A stretch of DNA of 64,000 bases from Elsinoe ampelina (lineage: Eukaryota): NCBI GenBank assembly GCA_010093995.1, contig ML992510.1:1-64000 (forward strand), in the 5' to 3' direction. Each line of letters opens with the position of its first letter. The first letter of the stretch is position 1. The notes below the pieces were generated by a model that saw only the letters and a program-made list of their open reading frames with translations, was not told the origin of the DNA and ran no database searches. The position numbers were made by a program, and so were the translations under genes. Shown here one piece after another: positions 1-12,683 of the stretch.

Positions 1-280
1 AGTAAAATACGCTTACTAATGCACGTTAAAATATCAAAAAACACGAAAATTTCACGAAAAGTCACGTTGTAATTACTATACTCTTTAGAGTATAGTAATT
101 ACCTACTTAACCACCCTACCTACACTACTAAAATAAGGTAGATTATAACTACATAAATACTTAACCTAGTATACTAAAAGATAGCTAAATTAAAAGAACT
201 CCTTAATAGTAACAGATTATAGATTAAGACAATAACTATCTAATTTAATCATGAATTGGTGGAGTAGTAGATAAGTATTT
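1..280. repeat. AT-rich, RIP-like degenerate sequence (edge of a mutated repeat region)
   Basis: Very AT-rich, with abundant TpA and few CpA/TpG compared with the rest of the window. The composition fades out by about 300. Confidence 0.7.
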
Positions 281-627
281 AGTTCCACCAGGGGATGAAC
301 TGAATCAGGGTCCTTCTTGGCGCTCCAGCTTATACCTCGGTTGACAAGTACAGGCATTACGACCATTTCGACAGCTATATTCGACAGTGCATCAGGATGG
401 CAATCTCTAGCGTTAGATCCGATCAAAGATATCGTTCGAAGACAATTGTCTCCATTCGTGCATCTGAGTGGTGGGACCAGTGTGGTTCTGACAAGACCGT
501 GGACAAGTTGCTCATCTCGAATGGTTAAATATGAAGGAATTGCGGGGCTTTCTGGTTGGTCGAGGCCCGACAACTTTGCCCTGTTTTGGCGGCAAACGGG
601 CGGCTGATTGGGGAAGCACATGTCCAT
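110..627 (-). pseudogene. Probable gene eroded at its 3' end by RIP-like mutation
   Basis: ORF 217-627 has an internal CTAAC...TAG acceptor-like signal near 410-420. The frame continues into the AT-rich DNA, interrupted by TAA/TAG codons compatible with CAA/CAG/TGG transitions. Confidence 0.35.
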
Positions 628-879
628 TGATTTCCATGAACCACGACTTTGTGAGCTTCACCTATCTCGAAATTCACAGCTTTATTTTGCCCCGAAACTC
701 GCCTACAACCATACGCACAGCAATCAGCGACACAAACCCAACATTCAAGCACAAGTCCTTTGAAAACCCACATCTCCCGATCCCGGTCCTTTCATGGTCT
801 CGTGAGACTCGAAATCTGGCCACCAGGCCGCCCCACCATCAGATTATCCAACCAGACTGCCACCAATTTACCGCGCAAC

Positions 880-1557
880 ATGACCAGCACCAAGCGATTA
901 CAGAGGGTAAGTGACGATAGCAGCCAGGACTGACCGATTCAACTCCGCTCTCACATTCACTTCGTCACTCAAGACTGACACTTTGCCAGGAACTCGCCAA
1001 GCTCAACACCACGCCCCTCGCCCCCGGCATATCACTCGTCTCGGCCGACAACCTGCAAGAATGGCTCATGGACATTCAAGTCATGGACGACAACCCCATC
1101 TACGCAGGCAAAGTGTTTCGCCTGAAATTCACCTTCAGCACCAGCTATCCCATTGGTAAGTTTCTTCCCTTTCCCTCTCCCCCCTCCCCACTTTCTCATT
1201 CCTATCCATATTACCCCGTCCCCTGTCTCCATATCCACCCCCTCCCTCGCCTCTCTCCGCCTCTCCAGCCCCGCTAAACCCTCCCAAGAAGCCCCGGAAG
1301 TCGTCTTCCTCCGCACAACCAAGCATGAAATCCCCCTCCACCCCCACGTCTACAGCAACGGCATCATCTGCCTCGACCTGCTCAGCAGCCAAGGGTGGTC
1401 GCCAGTGCAGAACGTCGAGTCGACGAGCTTGTCCATCCAGAGTATGCTGACGGGGAACACGAAAGCGGAACGGCCGCCCGGGGATGATGAGTTTGTGAGG
1501 ACGAATAGGTTGAGGCCGAGGGATGTGAATTTTGTGTTTCATGATCGAGATGTGTAG
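880..1557 (+). CDS. Ubiquitin-conjugating enzyme E2, UBE2W-like (3 exons: 880-906, 990-1155, 1289-1557)
   Basis: Spliced product MTSTKRLQRELAKL...FRLKFTFSTSYPIEAPEVVF...HPHVYSNGIICLDLL...WSP carries the E2 active-site Cys. Both donors are GTAAGT. Confidence 0.9.
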
Positions 1558-1827
1558 CCGAGTCACGGGTGGGAGGGCGAGGAGGGAGGGGGTCGGGGAA
1601 AGGGCATGGTTTGGAGTTTGGCATGGGGAGTGAGAGTAATGATTTACGACGTCAGGAGGACTACTACGGTCAAGGTAGCATCAGAGGGAATGGGAATCAT
1701 TTTTTCATTTCAGACACCACCGAATGCATGAACCGGACCATGGCGAAGCACATACCAGCACTCTCGCTCGATCTTCCCATCCAGCCATCCGTGATCGCCG
1801 GCGCGCATCTTCAACAGCTTCGTCTCT

Positions 1828-2570
1828 CTACTCGTCATCCTCCTCCTCGTCCGCCTCAATCGTGCTCATCGCGATACGGTCCAGATCTCTCTGCCCGCTC
1901 TGCGTGATCCTGCGCCCTCCCTTCTCCTCATCCTGCTCCAACACGCCGATCTTCTCCAGACTCTGCATCACCTTCCTGTCGACAGACCCGGACGCATCCA
2001 CGTGGTGCGATGGTCGCGAACCACGGTTCTTCTGGCCACCGTGGGCCTTTCGCAGGCGGCCTACGCCGACGGTCTTGCGGAGGTAGATGTGGCGCGCGAT
2101 GGCGGCGGCGCGGACGTAGTACCTTTGCAGAGAGTCAGTGGTGGTTCTTGGCATGGGCGCGCGAAGCAGGTTTGGGACAAGATATACGTACCAGTCAATG
2201 CTTTGCGGTGGGAGTTCCTTTGCGTGCGACGTCTTGACTGTGTCGACCCAACCTGTAGATAATGTCAACCTTTGTTCCCTTTGCCCAGTCGTTTGTATAG
2301 GGCTGGTGTGTGGGTGTTTTTCTTGCTCCACTCTTCTCGTGACATTATCCCCCGGTGTTCCACGGGATTCAGGTTGGAAGATATGGACTGTTGCTCGATG
2401 GGCGATAGTAGGTGGTTACGGACCTGGGATGGGGAGCTTGCCCTGGCGCTTCAGGAAAGCGGCGTAGGCGGTGATGAATTTGTCGGCCTGCGAGGTGTCA
2501 GATGGTCGAACAGAGGGCATTGTGGTACGTGGGTAGTTACTTCGACATCGCGAACACTGACGCCTGGCAT
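1828..2570 (-). CDS. RPS19: 40S ribosomal protein S19 (eS19), 4 exons
   Basis: MPGVSVRDVE / ADKFITAYAAFLKRQGKLPIPG / WVDTVKTSHAKELPPQSIDWY / YVRAAAIARHIYLRKTVGVGRLRK...GQRDLDRIA. Confidence 0.97.
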
Positions 2571-2801
2571 GGTGGCGGTATTTGTGGTGAATTGAGCGTT
2601 CGTAAGAAAGTAGTGCTGTCGCTGTCGTTGAGGTTGTTCGTTGGACGTCGAATTTCTGCAGTGTGGTTTCTGCCGCTTGGCGGTGAGTGTGGGCCGCACT
2701 GCGGGAGTGGCCGATGCAATAGCCTTGGCACAAGCATCACTTCCCATTCGCACACTTTCTGCTCCTCTGCAATACTCGAATTTTTGGGCAATGGTATTCT
2801 C

Positions 2802-4652
2802 CTAATTCCAGGTCGGGGCACGTCTAAGGCCGACTGCATATCTTACATGCAGCTCATTGACAAAATGATCATGCCTCACACCGGGCGGGCGCTTCTCAGC
2901 GAACAACTCCAACGCATCCTGCAACCTGAACCCCAAGCGCTCAATCAGGTAAGCAATGATGAAGAATCCCGTCCTGTTGAATCCGTAGTGACAGTGTACC
3001 CCAATGACTCCATTGATATTCTCCTCCTTCAGCTTGGCCCGCAAGCTGTCGATGAGCAAGATGAAGGACCGAACCTCGTCCACAGTAGGTGGTAATTTAC
3101 TGACGGTTGGAAACTTGTGATACTCGATGCCGCCTTCTTCCAGACCTTTCGGATCGTAGACTGGACTATCGTGACTGATGTCACATACCATGGCGACTCC
3201 TTGAGACATACCGGACTTGACGCTCCACCTTTGAGTAAAGACTTTCGGAGTATGCTCCTCATCAACCTCTCGAAGTGTCTTCATTGCGCGAAAGATATTG
3301 GCAATTGGCTCCGAGACTGGTCGAATCCGTTGCCATTTCTCCAGATTCTTGACATCCCATTTTCCTTCAGTAGTCAGGTGCTGGAGTTGCCAGCCGATTG
3401 ATAGCCGTTGGTCGACGTGAGACGCGAGAAAGCCTTGAACGAGACCAGAGACTACCCGCACGGTCGATTGCGCATACATGAGGCCGTGGCCTGCCGGAGA
3501 CGGCAGTATCGCAGTCTTGAAGACGAACGGAGGTGCTTTGAATGACTCAGATGCCGTCGTTGCTGTTAGGGTAGATTGACCTTGCGAGGCTGAAAGCGTG
3601 GCCGCGTCTTGGATCTGGTGATTGCCCAACGCTCCACGCAAATCTCGAATGTGCTCCGTGATGATATCGACGTTGTTAGCTGGAGTGACCTTGTCGTCCT
3701 CTCCAGCGATGCAAAGCAGTGGTACCGATATCTTTGACCAGATCTCAGGGCCAGGTATCGTGATGTCATTTGAGAAGCCAGCAACGAATCTGAGAAACAC
3801 CGGTGATCGACTCTGTTCATTAAATCGTAGTTGCAGACGTCTGGTCTGCTCATCAGCCCCTTTGCCAACGAAGCGCTCTACGCTTGCGCTGTCCAGCCCA
3901 CCTCTACGATCTAACATGCGGAAGGCGTCGAAAAGCATGACGGGGACATAAGGGACTAATTTGAGGTTGGACTTTTGGCGGGTCTCCAGGGCTTCTGCTC
4001 GAGGGCATATCGCGATCATGCCGATGACATGGGTGGAGATTGAGAAGGATAAGGGCGAAGCCTTCGAAGCCAGCAAAGTGGCGAAAGAGCATCCCAGACT
4101 ATGGCCAATCAGGACCACCTTTTGGTCTGCTTGGACATCCCTATGCTCCGCTATTGCAGTAGCGATTAGGCTGACCAGGTTTTCAAACTTGTATGCTTCC
4201 CAAGCGTGAGGTTCAAATTCTGACAGACCACATCCTGGTAAATCAATGGCGAGACATGGTCCAACATTGACTAGGTTGGTCAAAAGACCACCAAATTGTG
4301 CGACACTACCTCCCAGACCATGGATGAAAACTAGGAGAGGGAGAGGTGTGGGTTTGTCAGGAAGCTTGTCTGCTTGCGGATGTGGATGGAAGAAAGTCCG
4401 AATGGAAGGGTAGGTAATGCCATTGACCGTGTAGGATTTCTGTTTGGAGTGCTTCTTGAGCAGACCGGGATCAGTCGATAGAGCATCAACGTCTACATCT
4501 TCCGGTGGTGGGCCGGGTGGACGCCCTCTTCTCAGGTACCATGCCACAGCCAGGCTGCCCGCAAAAGCGGTGCCCGAGAGGAGGAGCGCCAGGCCGAGTA
4601 CCATGCCAACAGGCGCTTTTCGGAATCGAGTCAGCCCACCATAACGGTCCAT
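2802..4652 (-). CDS. Fusion of N-terminal TM segment, alpha/beta hydrolase and cysteine-type RNA 5'-triphosphatase (DUSP11/RNGTT-like)
   Basis: Hydrophobic MVLGLALLLSGTAFAGSLAVAWYL. Hydrolase motifs HGLGG, GHSLG, GEDDKVT, AGHGL. C-terminal P-loop HCHYGFNRTG at 2967-2996. First ATG taken at 4652. Confidence 0.85.
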   Translation of the reverse strand: MDRYGGLTRFRKAPVGMVLGLALLLSGTAFAGSLAVAWYLRRGRPPGPPPEDVDVDALSTDPGLLKKHSKQKSYTVNGITYPSIRTFFHPHPQADKLPDKPTPLPLLVFIHGLGGSVAQFGGLLTNLVNVGPCLAIDLPGCGLSEFEPHAWEAYKFENLVSLIATAIAEHRDVQADQKVVLIGHSLGCSFATLLASKASPLSFSISTHVIGMIAICPRAEALETRQKSNLKLVPYVPVMLFDAFRMLDRRGGLDSASVERFVGKGADEQTRRLQLRFNEQSRSPVFLRFVAGFSNDITIPGPEIWSKISVPLLCIAGEDDKVTPANNVDIITEHIRDLRGALGNHQIQDAATLSASQGQSTLTATTASESFKAPPFVFKTAILPSPAGHGLMYAQSTVRVVSGLVQGFLASHVDQRLSIGWQLQHLTTEGKWDVKNLEKWQRIRPVSEPIANIFRAMKTLREVDEEHTPKVFTQRWSVKSGMSQGVAMVCDISHDSPVYDPKGLEEGGIEYHKFPTVSKLPPTVDEVRSFILLIDSLRAKLKEENINGVIGVHCHYGFNRTGFFIIAYLIERLGFRLQDALELFAEKRPPGVRHDHFVNELHVRYAVGLRRAPTWN

Positions 4653-5612
4653 TCGTCGGCCGCTGAGGACAATGAGGGATGACGCTGAAGTGTGAGTGGC
4701 ATGGTCGATGTCTAAAAACGTGTTGCGACGAGCCCGACCGCCTGTCCTGCCGTCAATAGGATGATGTCGTCCGTAGCCAATCAGATCACGCGCTGCAGAA
4801 CGAGGATCCGATCCACAAAGCACCTTGGAGTCGGCGTTTTGCGTTCAAGTTCCTCTTCTCCTACACCTCCTCACCTCTCACTACCTATTGTAGTTCGGTT
4901 ATTGCCATCAACAGACAAGTGGACCACGTCTTTAGGACCACGTCTGGACAATACCATTTCCAACCTGCGATACAGGTGTTCGTTTGCCGGCTGCAGCCGC
5001 TGGCTGTGGTTGACAGGTCTCACCGTCGAAGCGACCATGCTCATGTTCTCTCACGTCCATGTCATCTCAGCAATGACACGCATTGCTATTCTATATTGTC
5101 AGGTTGGTCGTTACATCACACCCGCCAGCCGGCTCTATTCGTGGAGCCCGGCGACACTGAAAGACCTGCTCCTGCAAGTGCGGCTGAACCAAAACAGCTT
5201 TCAGCCGCGTCCACAGACACCAGACACGATTCTTTCGCCGTCAGGCATTTTCGTCCATCTGTCGCTTCCTCTGTCCTTGGCTAACATTAGCGCCACCTTG
5301 CCTTTGCTCTTGGAGTGATCGAACCTGGTCGTCCCCTCGGATGACGGACTGACCTCGTTGGCCAGCAGTACTCCAAGCGAGCTTTGACTGGCCAAGACGC
5401 CTTTCAGGATCTCTACCTCCAAACATGAGACATTGCAACTCTGAAACTACCAAGTGTAAAGATATGGACATGTGCCAGGTGTTCCCAGTATTGCGATGTT
5501 CCTCCTTGAAAATAATGCGATGCCCCTCATCTTCCTTCCATTCGACAATTTCAAGCTTCGATATACGGGTAACTGACGACACACATCAAGCAAGTCCGAA
5601 CTTCAAACCATC

Positions 5613-6556
5613 ATGAGGGGTTTCTCGAAGTACGCTTTATTCGCCTTAGGCATGGCCGTATTTGAGGCCAGAATGGCAATGGCTCTCGACATGGACAACG
5701 TCATCCAGCAAGTGCTAGGGACCGATGACGGCGACGATGCAGCTACAGACGCTCTTGTACAGCACGCAGCTACTGGTATGGGCATGAAGTCAGACGATGT
5801 GGATGACCTTCTCGGCGATGACAAGCCCATGAAGGATGATAGCCCTTACAAAGGACTTGTGCGTCATTTCCGAAACACACTGGGCACGAAGCTAATGTTA
5901 TACAGTTCGGAAGCGAGGATGGCCCCACCAGTACTGTCGGCGAGAGTTACAGCCCCATGCCTCAAACCACTGCGATTCCCACAGCCACCGGATCATCAGC
6001 TGCAAAGCCTACATCTATTGGTCCATACTCAAACAGCACCTCGACTCACAACCACACAAGACCTGGTAGCACCCCTGCTGTTGCCAGCAAGACCGGTTCA
6101 GCTGACGCCTGCGAACCTACTGCCGGGCCCACTCCGACTGGCAGATATAGAAGCAAGGCGAATGAGACGTGTAAGTTGGTTTTCGTTGCCTATGGAATTT
6201 CGCTGACATTTTCCAGGTCTTGGTGGTAAGTCACAAATGATTAAGGAAACCCATCACCACATATGTTTTGCACGCTCCTCCATCGCCACTGACACAGGCC
6301 GCTTCTCACATTTGACGACCATAGCTAAATTTTGCCAGGCACAACCTCGAATTCCCACACTACCAGTTCAAATTCGACCCATCTCGAAGGCTCACCAACG
6401 AGCACCGGCAAGAGCAGTCCCTCGCCCAGTCCCTCTCTCAGGCTTCCAGGGCTCTTCGATAGCGGCGCTGTCAACGGACACCTGCTATATCAGGAGACAT
6501 TTGGAGGGGTATACGCAATGGTCATGGTTGTGGTTGGAGCAGTGCTTTTCTTATAG
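5613..6556 (+). CDS. Secreted, probably GPI-anchored Ser/Thr-rich cell-surface protein (4 exons, including a 9-nt microexon at 6217-6225)
   Basis: N-terminal signal-like MRGFSKYALFALGMAVF, acidic region, S/T/P-rich linker, and hydrophobic C-terminus GGVYAMVMVVVGAVLFL*. Canonical introns join the frames. Confidence 0.7.
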
Positions 6557-6852
6557 GAGATGGCTGCGGTTACGATGGTATGAATTGACCATGAGGCCGA
6601 CTTATGAGACAACGGATTTCCTAGGGTAACGCATTGAATGACATTGATGACCCATGTCCTAGGCGCCGTGATTATACTTGTGGATTTTATTGGATGACGT
6701 CCTGTGCGTGGCGGGGTTCAAGCTTTCCTGAAGTCGAGCAACGTTCTCCAAGCGTCACTGTCATCTTCGATCGAGCATGTCGATCGTCAGGGCGGTGTGC
6801 CGATTCAGCCATCATCTTCATCGACAACATCACGAGTCCATCCACAGAAGCC

Positions 6853-8740
6853 ATGTACGGTCATCTGCCGCGCGCTGTCGACCGGCCTGTCGAATGTGCA
6901 TTGACGGTGAGCCGATATCATGATTAGCTGACCAGACAGCTGATGGGGATGTCAGGGAGCAGCGATACTGCAAAGTCCATACTTTAATAAGGGTTCCGCC
7001 TTCACGGCAGAGGAGAGGAAGCTTTTCGGCCTTCGAGGTCTCCTGCCGTCCAACGTGCAGACTCTCGATGAACAGGTCAAACGGGCCTACGCCCAATACG
7101 GTTCACGCACCAGTGACATTGCTAAGAACACCTTCATGACCAGCATGAAAGAGCAGAATGAGACTTTGTACTACAAGGTGAGATGCACGACGCGGCATGT
7201 GCTCAGTCGAAAAGATATTAAGAAGTATTGATAGCTCATTCTCGATCACTTGAAGGAAATGTTCTCCATCATCTACACACCTACCGAGGGTGATGCGATT
7301 GCCAACTACTCGAGGATCTTCAGAAAGCCCGAGGGATGCTTCCTCAGCGTCAATGAGCCTGACCTAATCGAGCAGCAGCTCGACTCGTTCGGTGACCCTG
7401 ATCATGTCGATATCATCGTTGTCAGCGACGGCGAGCAGATCCTAGGCATCGGTGATCAGGGTGTTGGTGGCATCCTCATCTCGATAGCCAAGTTGGTTCT
7501 GTACACTCTGTGTGCTGGCATACACCCGCACCGTACCTTGCCTGTTGTCCTTGATTGCGGTACGGACAATCAGGAGCTGCTAGATGACGAGCTCTATCTA
7601 GGCAATCGACACAAGCGAGTCCGAGGAGAGAAATATGACGCTTTCGTTGAAAAGTTCGTGACGACAGTCAAGCAACGATACCCCAAAGCATACCTACATT
7701 TTGAGGACTTTGGTCTCAAGAACGCCCGGCGTATCCTGGATCGCTACACCGATCAGCTCTCCTGCTTCAACGATGATGTGCAGGGCACAGGCTGTGTGAC
7801 CCTCGCAGCCATCTATGCCGCCACTCACGTCGCTGGTCTTAAAATGCAAGACATCCGCGTCGTTATCTTCGGGTCGGGAACTGCTGGAACAGGAATCGCA
7901 GATCAGACAGCGGACGCCATCGCTGTTGAGTCGGGAAAGAGCTCTGACGAAGCTCGAAACCAGATCTTTTGCGTGGACAAGCCCGGACTACTGACCACCG
8001 CAACAGATCTTACCCCTGCGCAAGAGAAGTACGCTAAGGATCCTGCCAAGTATCCTGTAGGTCAACACAAGGATCTGTTATCAGTCATCAAGTCTGTCAA
8101 GCCTCACGTTCTCATCGGTACAAGCACCCAGCCAGGCAGCTTCACAAAGGAAGTGGTCCAGACAATGAGTGAGCATCTGGATGGTACTAGACCGATCATC
8201 TTTCCGCTATCGAATCCTACAAGACTCCACGAAGCCATCCCGAAAGACTTGTTGCATTGGACAGATGGTCAAGCATTGGTTGCCACTGGAAGCCCCTTTG
8301 ATCCAGTCGAGATCAACGGGAAGAAGCTCGAGATAGCCGAATGCAACAACTCGACCTGCTTTCCGGGTATCGGTCTCGGAGCCGTTCTTTCCGGCACAAA
8401 GATGATGACGAAGGAGATGTTGGTAGCAGCGACCAAGGCTCTCGCGGCAGAAGCCCCGGCAATGAAGAGCGAAGACGGCGCACTTTTGCCGGACGTGGTG
8501 GATGTGAGAAGGATCAGTGTCGGAATAGCTGCAGGTGTGATCAAAGAGGCGGTCAAGAATGGATTGGCCACAGTACAAGGCATTCCGGAGGATGATGCAG
8601 CGTTGAGAGACTGGATCGAAGTACAGATGTGGACACCTGAGTACAGAGAGTACAAGAGGGTGGAACCAGGCACGACAAGCAAGGAGGCTAAGGGAGAGAT
8701 GGGCAGCAAGGGACGAAGACATGCGCCAGATGCGTCGTGA
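6853..8740 (+). CDS. Malic enzyme (NAD(P)-dependent malate dehydrogenase, decarboxylating), 3 exons
   Basis: FNKGSAFT, IIYTPTEG, SDGEQILGIGDQG, HFEDFG, FNDDVQGTG, GSGTAG, PLSNPT, ATGSPF. Confidence 0.95.
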
Positions 8741-9098
8741 TTGGTACCAAGGTATATAGATGTGGTCGCACGGCATAGTCGTGTGGTGACACAGACCCTG
8801 GATCACCCCTCTTGTGCAATGTGACCAATGTGATACGGAGTATACACCAGAAGTCAGCCGATTATTATTATTGTACAGGAAGTTTCTCATGCTCCACAAA
8901 GGCGTCTTTATCAAGAAGCTAAGATAGGAGGGGTGGTGCAGGGAATTGAGGCGCAGGTCACGTGCCATCAGCGGGTTCAATTACATGTTGACTTATCCCA
9001 AGTGCACCTTCCACTTCAGCAACCACAAAAATTCACCATGATTTCTCGATAACATCATCGCCACTGCGAAGCAAATCTCACGGCCACCACGATCCAGG

Positions 9099-12000
9099 AT
9101 GCCTAGCTTTACAATAGAAGCGCCTGGCGAGGCAGCTCCGCTCACGGAACAGGCTCTTCTTCGCGCCCTTGCAGCTGCCAGCAGCCGTGATCAGAATCAA
9201 ATTCAGAGCGGTACTAAGCAGCTGCAGCAATGGGAAAAGTCAGAAGGCTTCTATAAATATCTCCAGAGCATCTTCATTGAACGATCGCTCCCTCTCGAAG
9301 TCCGATATCTGGCCATCATCCAGCTCAAAAACGGCATCGACAAGTATTGGCGCAAAACAGCCACGAATGCCGTCAACAAGCAAGATAAATCAGTCATACG
9401 CGACCGTCTTATTTCCAGTGGGGTCTACGAGGAGGACAATAAACTGGCACTGCAAAATGCTCTCGTCATCGCTAAAATCGTGCGCTTTGAGTACCCGCAG
9501 GACTGGCCAGACGCCATCTCATCTACCTTGAATGCTATTCGAGGCGCAGCACAAGACGTTACATCTCAGAACCTGGAGAGAGCACTTTTGATCTTGCTCT
9601 ACATCATCAAAGAGCTCAGCACAGCAAGAATCCAGAGAAGTCGCACGAATCTCCAGGCCGCCACTCCAGAAATCCTGACTGTCTTGGGGTCGCTGTATGT
9701 GTCTAGGGTAGAACAATGGCAGACCACTCCCGATGCCGGTCGCCAAACTGAAAGGCTCATGACACAAAGTCTTCTGTGCATCAAGACCCTCCGCCGCCTA
9801 GTCATATCTGGCTACGAGTTCCCCAATCGGGTTTCTGAGGTGTGCGAGTTTTGGCAGATGACCCTCCGTCAGGTCGACACCTTCATAAATATTATGCGTC
9901 AGACGTCTTCGCAAAGCAGTTCTGCTCAACTGCTCATACAGAAGCACCTCTTACAGCTGTCAAAGTTTCATCTCGAGATGGCCGAGAAGCACGCCGCCGG
10001 CTTTGTCCTACTGCCCTCCTCCTTGGATCTCGTCAAAGCATACTGGGGATTCGCAAGGACATACGCCGAGTCATACGGGTCCAAGTCGACCGCAGCGATC
10101 GATGCAGGCGGTGACGACGATGGTGACGCCGAGGCTATGGCATCTGAGAAGCTCACTTTGCGAGGTCTCCTGCTTATCAGAGCATGCATACGGATGGCGT
10201 TCTTACCAGTGCATACGTTCCGATACCGGCAAGAGGACGAGAAAGAGGAGAAAAGGCAAGCTGAAGGGATGATCAAAGACAATCTGTTGTCACAAGATTT
10301 TGTCGAAGAGATCATGAGCACGGTGATGACCAAGTTTCTGGTTCTACGACAGAGCGACTTGAGGGACTGGACCGACGAGCCAGAGGAATGGGTCTTTCGG
10401 GAGGAGAATGAGAGTGAGGACATGCACCTCAGTGTCAGAGCTTGTTCAGAACGACTTGTATTGGATCTCTCGACACATTTCAAGAGCACTCTGACTGGAC
10501 CGGTACTGGGACTATTCCACAATGTGGTTGGTAAGTCGTTGGCGAGGTCCATCAATAGGATTTCAAGCTGACCCGGTAGATGTCAACAACAACGATATCC
10601 TGTTCAAAGATGCTGTCTACGCTGCGATCGGTATGGCGGCTGCGACTTTTAGGAACGACGTCGACTTCGATGCACTCCTTACATCGACACTGGTACCGGA
10701 AGTTCAGAAGCAACATCAGGGTTCTAATATCTTCAGACGCCGTATCGCTATCTTCTGTGGTCAGTGGATACTCGTAAAAGCATCCCAAGACAGTAAAGCT
10801 GTGATCTACCAGATTTTCGATCATCTCCTCAACCCCGCCGATTCTTACAACGATCAAGTGGTGCGCATCACGGCAGGGCGACACTTCAAGTACATTGCGG
10901 ACGATTTTGAGTTTGATTCGGCTAAGTTTGCTCCTTATGCAGAGTCTATCATCATGCGCCTCATGGCTCTGATCGAGGAAGTGGATTTGACCGCGACAAA
11001 GATGGCTCTGCTTGACACTATCAGCGTACTGATTGAACGCTTTGAGCATCATGTAGGCATTTCAACCATGACTGGGGGAAAGAAACTGACCATCGTAGAT
11101 CGAGCCATTCGCCGAGCGTATCGTTGCCATGCTCCCACCACTCTGGGATCAGTCTGGCGAAGAACATCTTATGAAGCAGTCCATCCTGACCATCCTCGCT
11201 CGTCTGACCAACGCACTGAAAGAGCTTTCAACGAGGTTCCACGCCATGCTCATCCCGATTATCCAGTCAACCGTCCAGCCCGACGGCGAGTTGTCCACTT
11301 TTCTCCTTGAAGAAGCTCTCGATCTTTGGCAATCCATCATCCTCCAGTCCAAGTCACCTACTGATGATCTGCTCTCTTTGATGCAGCATCTATTTCCTCT
11401 CCTCACCTTCGCCTCCGAGACTCTACGTGAGACACTCACGATATTGGAATCATACCTCTACCTCTCCCCATCCACACTCCTTTCTGACGACCTTCGTCTC
11501 CCAATTCTCAAAGCGCTATCGCCGTTGATTGGTCCCAAGTCAAAGCCTGACGCCAATGGCCTGGCCTGCTCCATCACCGAGCTCATGATCCGCACTGCTT
11601 CCTCACTCGGCGGTCCAACCTTCACCAAACAATTCACTTCAGATCTCGTCTCCACATCCATCCTCCCTCGGATCCTCTCCTCTCTTCGCTCCGCTTGGTC
11701 AGCGCATTGTACCACAGGTCCTCTCGCCAAGCTTCCCGCTGTAGATGGCATAGTCGAGACAGACTACTTTGCCATCCTCTCTCGACTCATCCTTGCCGAT
11801 ACGGAGACCTTCATTCAAGCTATTACTTATACCCCTCTCGCTTCCTTGGACGATGAAGAGGGCATCATCCCATCTGATCCTTTGCCAGCGGAGAACAATC
11901 TCTCATGGCTACTCGAAGAGTGGTTCTCCCACCTTGATAATGTGGGCGATCCATCGAGGAAGAAACTTTTCCTCCTGGCGCTCACAGCCTTGCTGGACAC

Positions 12001-12379
12001 CGCGCATCCTGCAGTCTTAGGTAACCTGCAGCTACTGATGGGTCTATGGACGGACGTAATCACCGAGCTGTGCGACGTGGACATCGACCCTATCACCAGC
12101 GAAGGATCTGGAGCTGTCAAAGGGGAGGACAGTCTGGTCTACAACGACATCAGTGAGCTGACCTGCATTGGAGAGGGAACCGTCGAGGCACCGGAGGATA
12201 CGAGACGACGAGAGGTCTCCTTCGCGGACGAGGTACATCGCGTCGGGGTAGTGGGCTGGATCAGGAGAAAGCTGGGAGCCGCAATACAGAGAGTAGGAGA
12301 AGGCGTATTCAGAGAGGAGTGGCTAGGGAGGGTGGACAGAGATGTGGTGGCGGCTTTTGGCAGACTGGGCGTGATGTGA
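9099..12379 (+). CDS. Importin-beta family karyopherin, importin-11/Kap120-like (introns about 10532-10579 and 11053-11098)
   Basis: IBN_N-type segment VRYLAIIQLKNGIDKYWRK, IAKIVRFEYPQDWP, W..EPEEW acidic loop, HEAT-like helices across three ORFs. Confidence 0.9.
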
Positions 12380-12683
12380 TCATGAGACCTTACCTGACGG
12401 TCATAACAGAGATACCAGATAGACGTTATGACTGTGCTGCCAACCAGTCACACCTATCGTAAAATAAAGTCGAAGCATTCCATGACTAGTAGAGAAGCTT
12501 GGATCACGTGCATACTTCACTCGGTACTTGCACGGGTCAAGCGCCGACCATTGACCCATTGATGAAGAATAAGAAGGAGTCCGATATTTGACAGCTTTCT
12601 AGGCAAAATGCTACTCCGGAATCGAAAAGCGGTGAAGCGGAGTCAATCCACTTGTACCACAGTAGGCGTACTTCCACCACCAC

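Noticed and set aside
2255..2420. Possible intronic snoRNA in the longest RPS19 intron
   Set aside because: No C box (RUGAUGA) with terminal stem and no convincing H/ACA structure on the minus strand.
8207..8980. Long antisense ORFs (e.g. 8207-8980, 42202-43056, 59719-60480)
   Set aside because: They shadow well-supported genes on the other strand and have no recognisable motifs.
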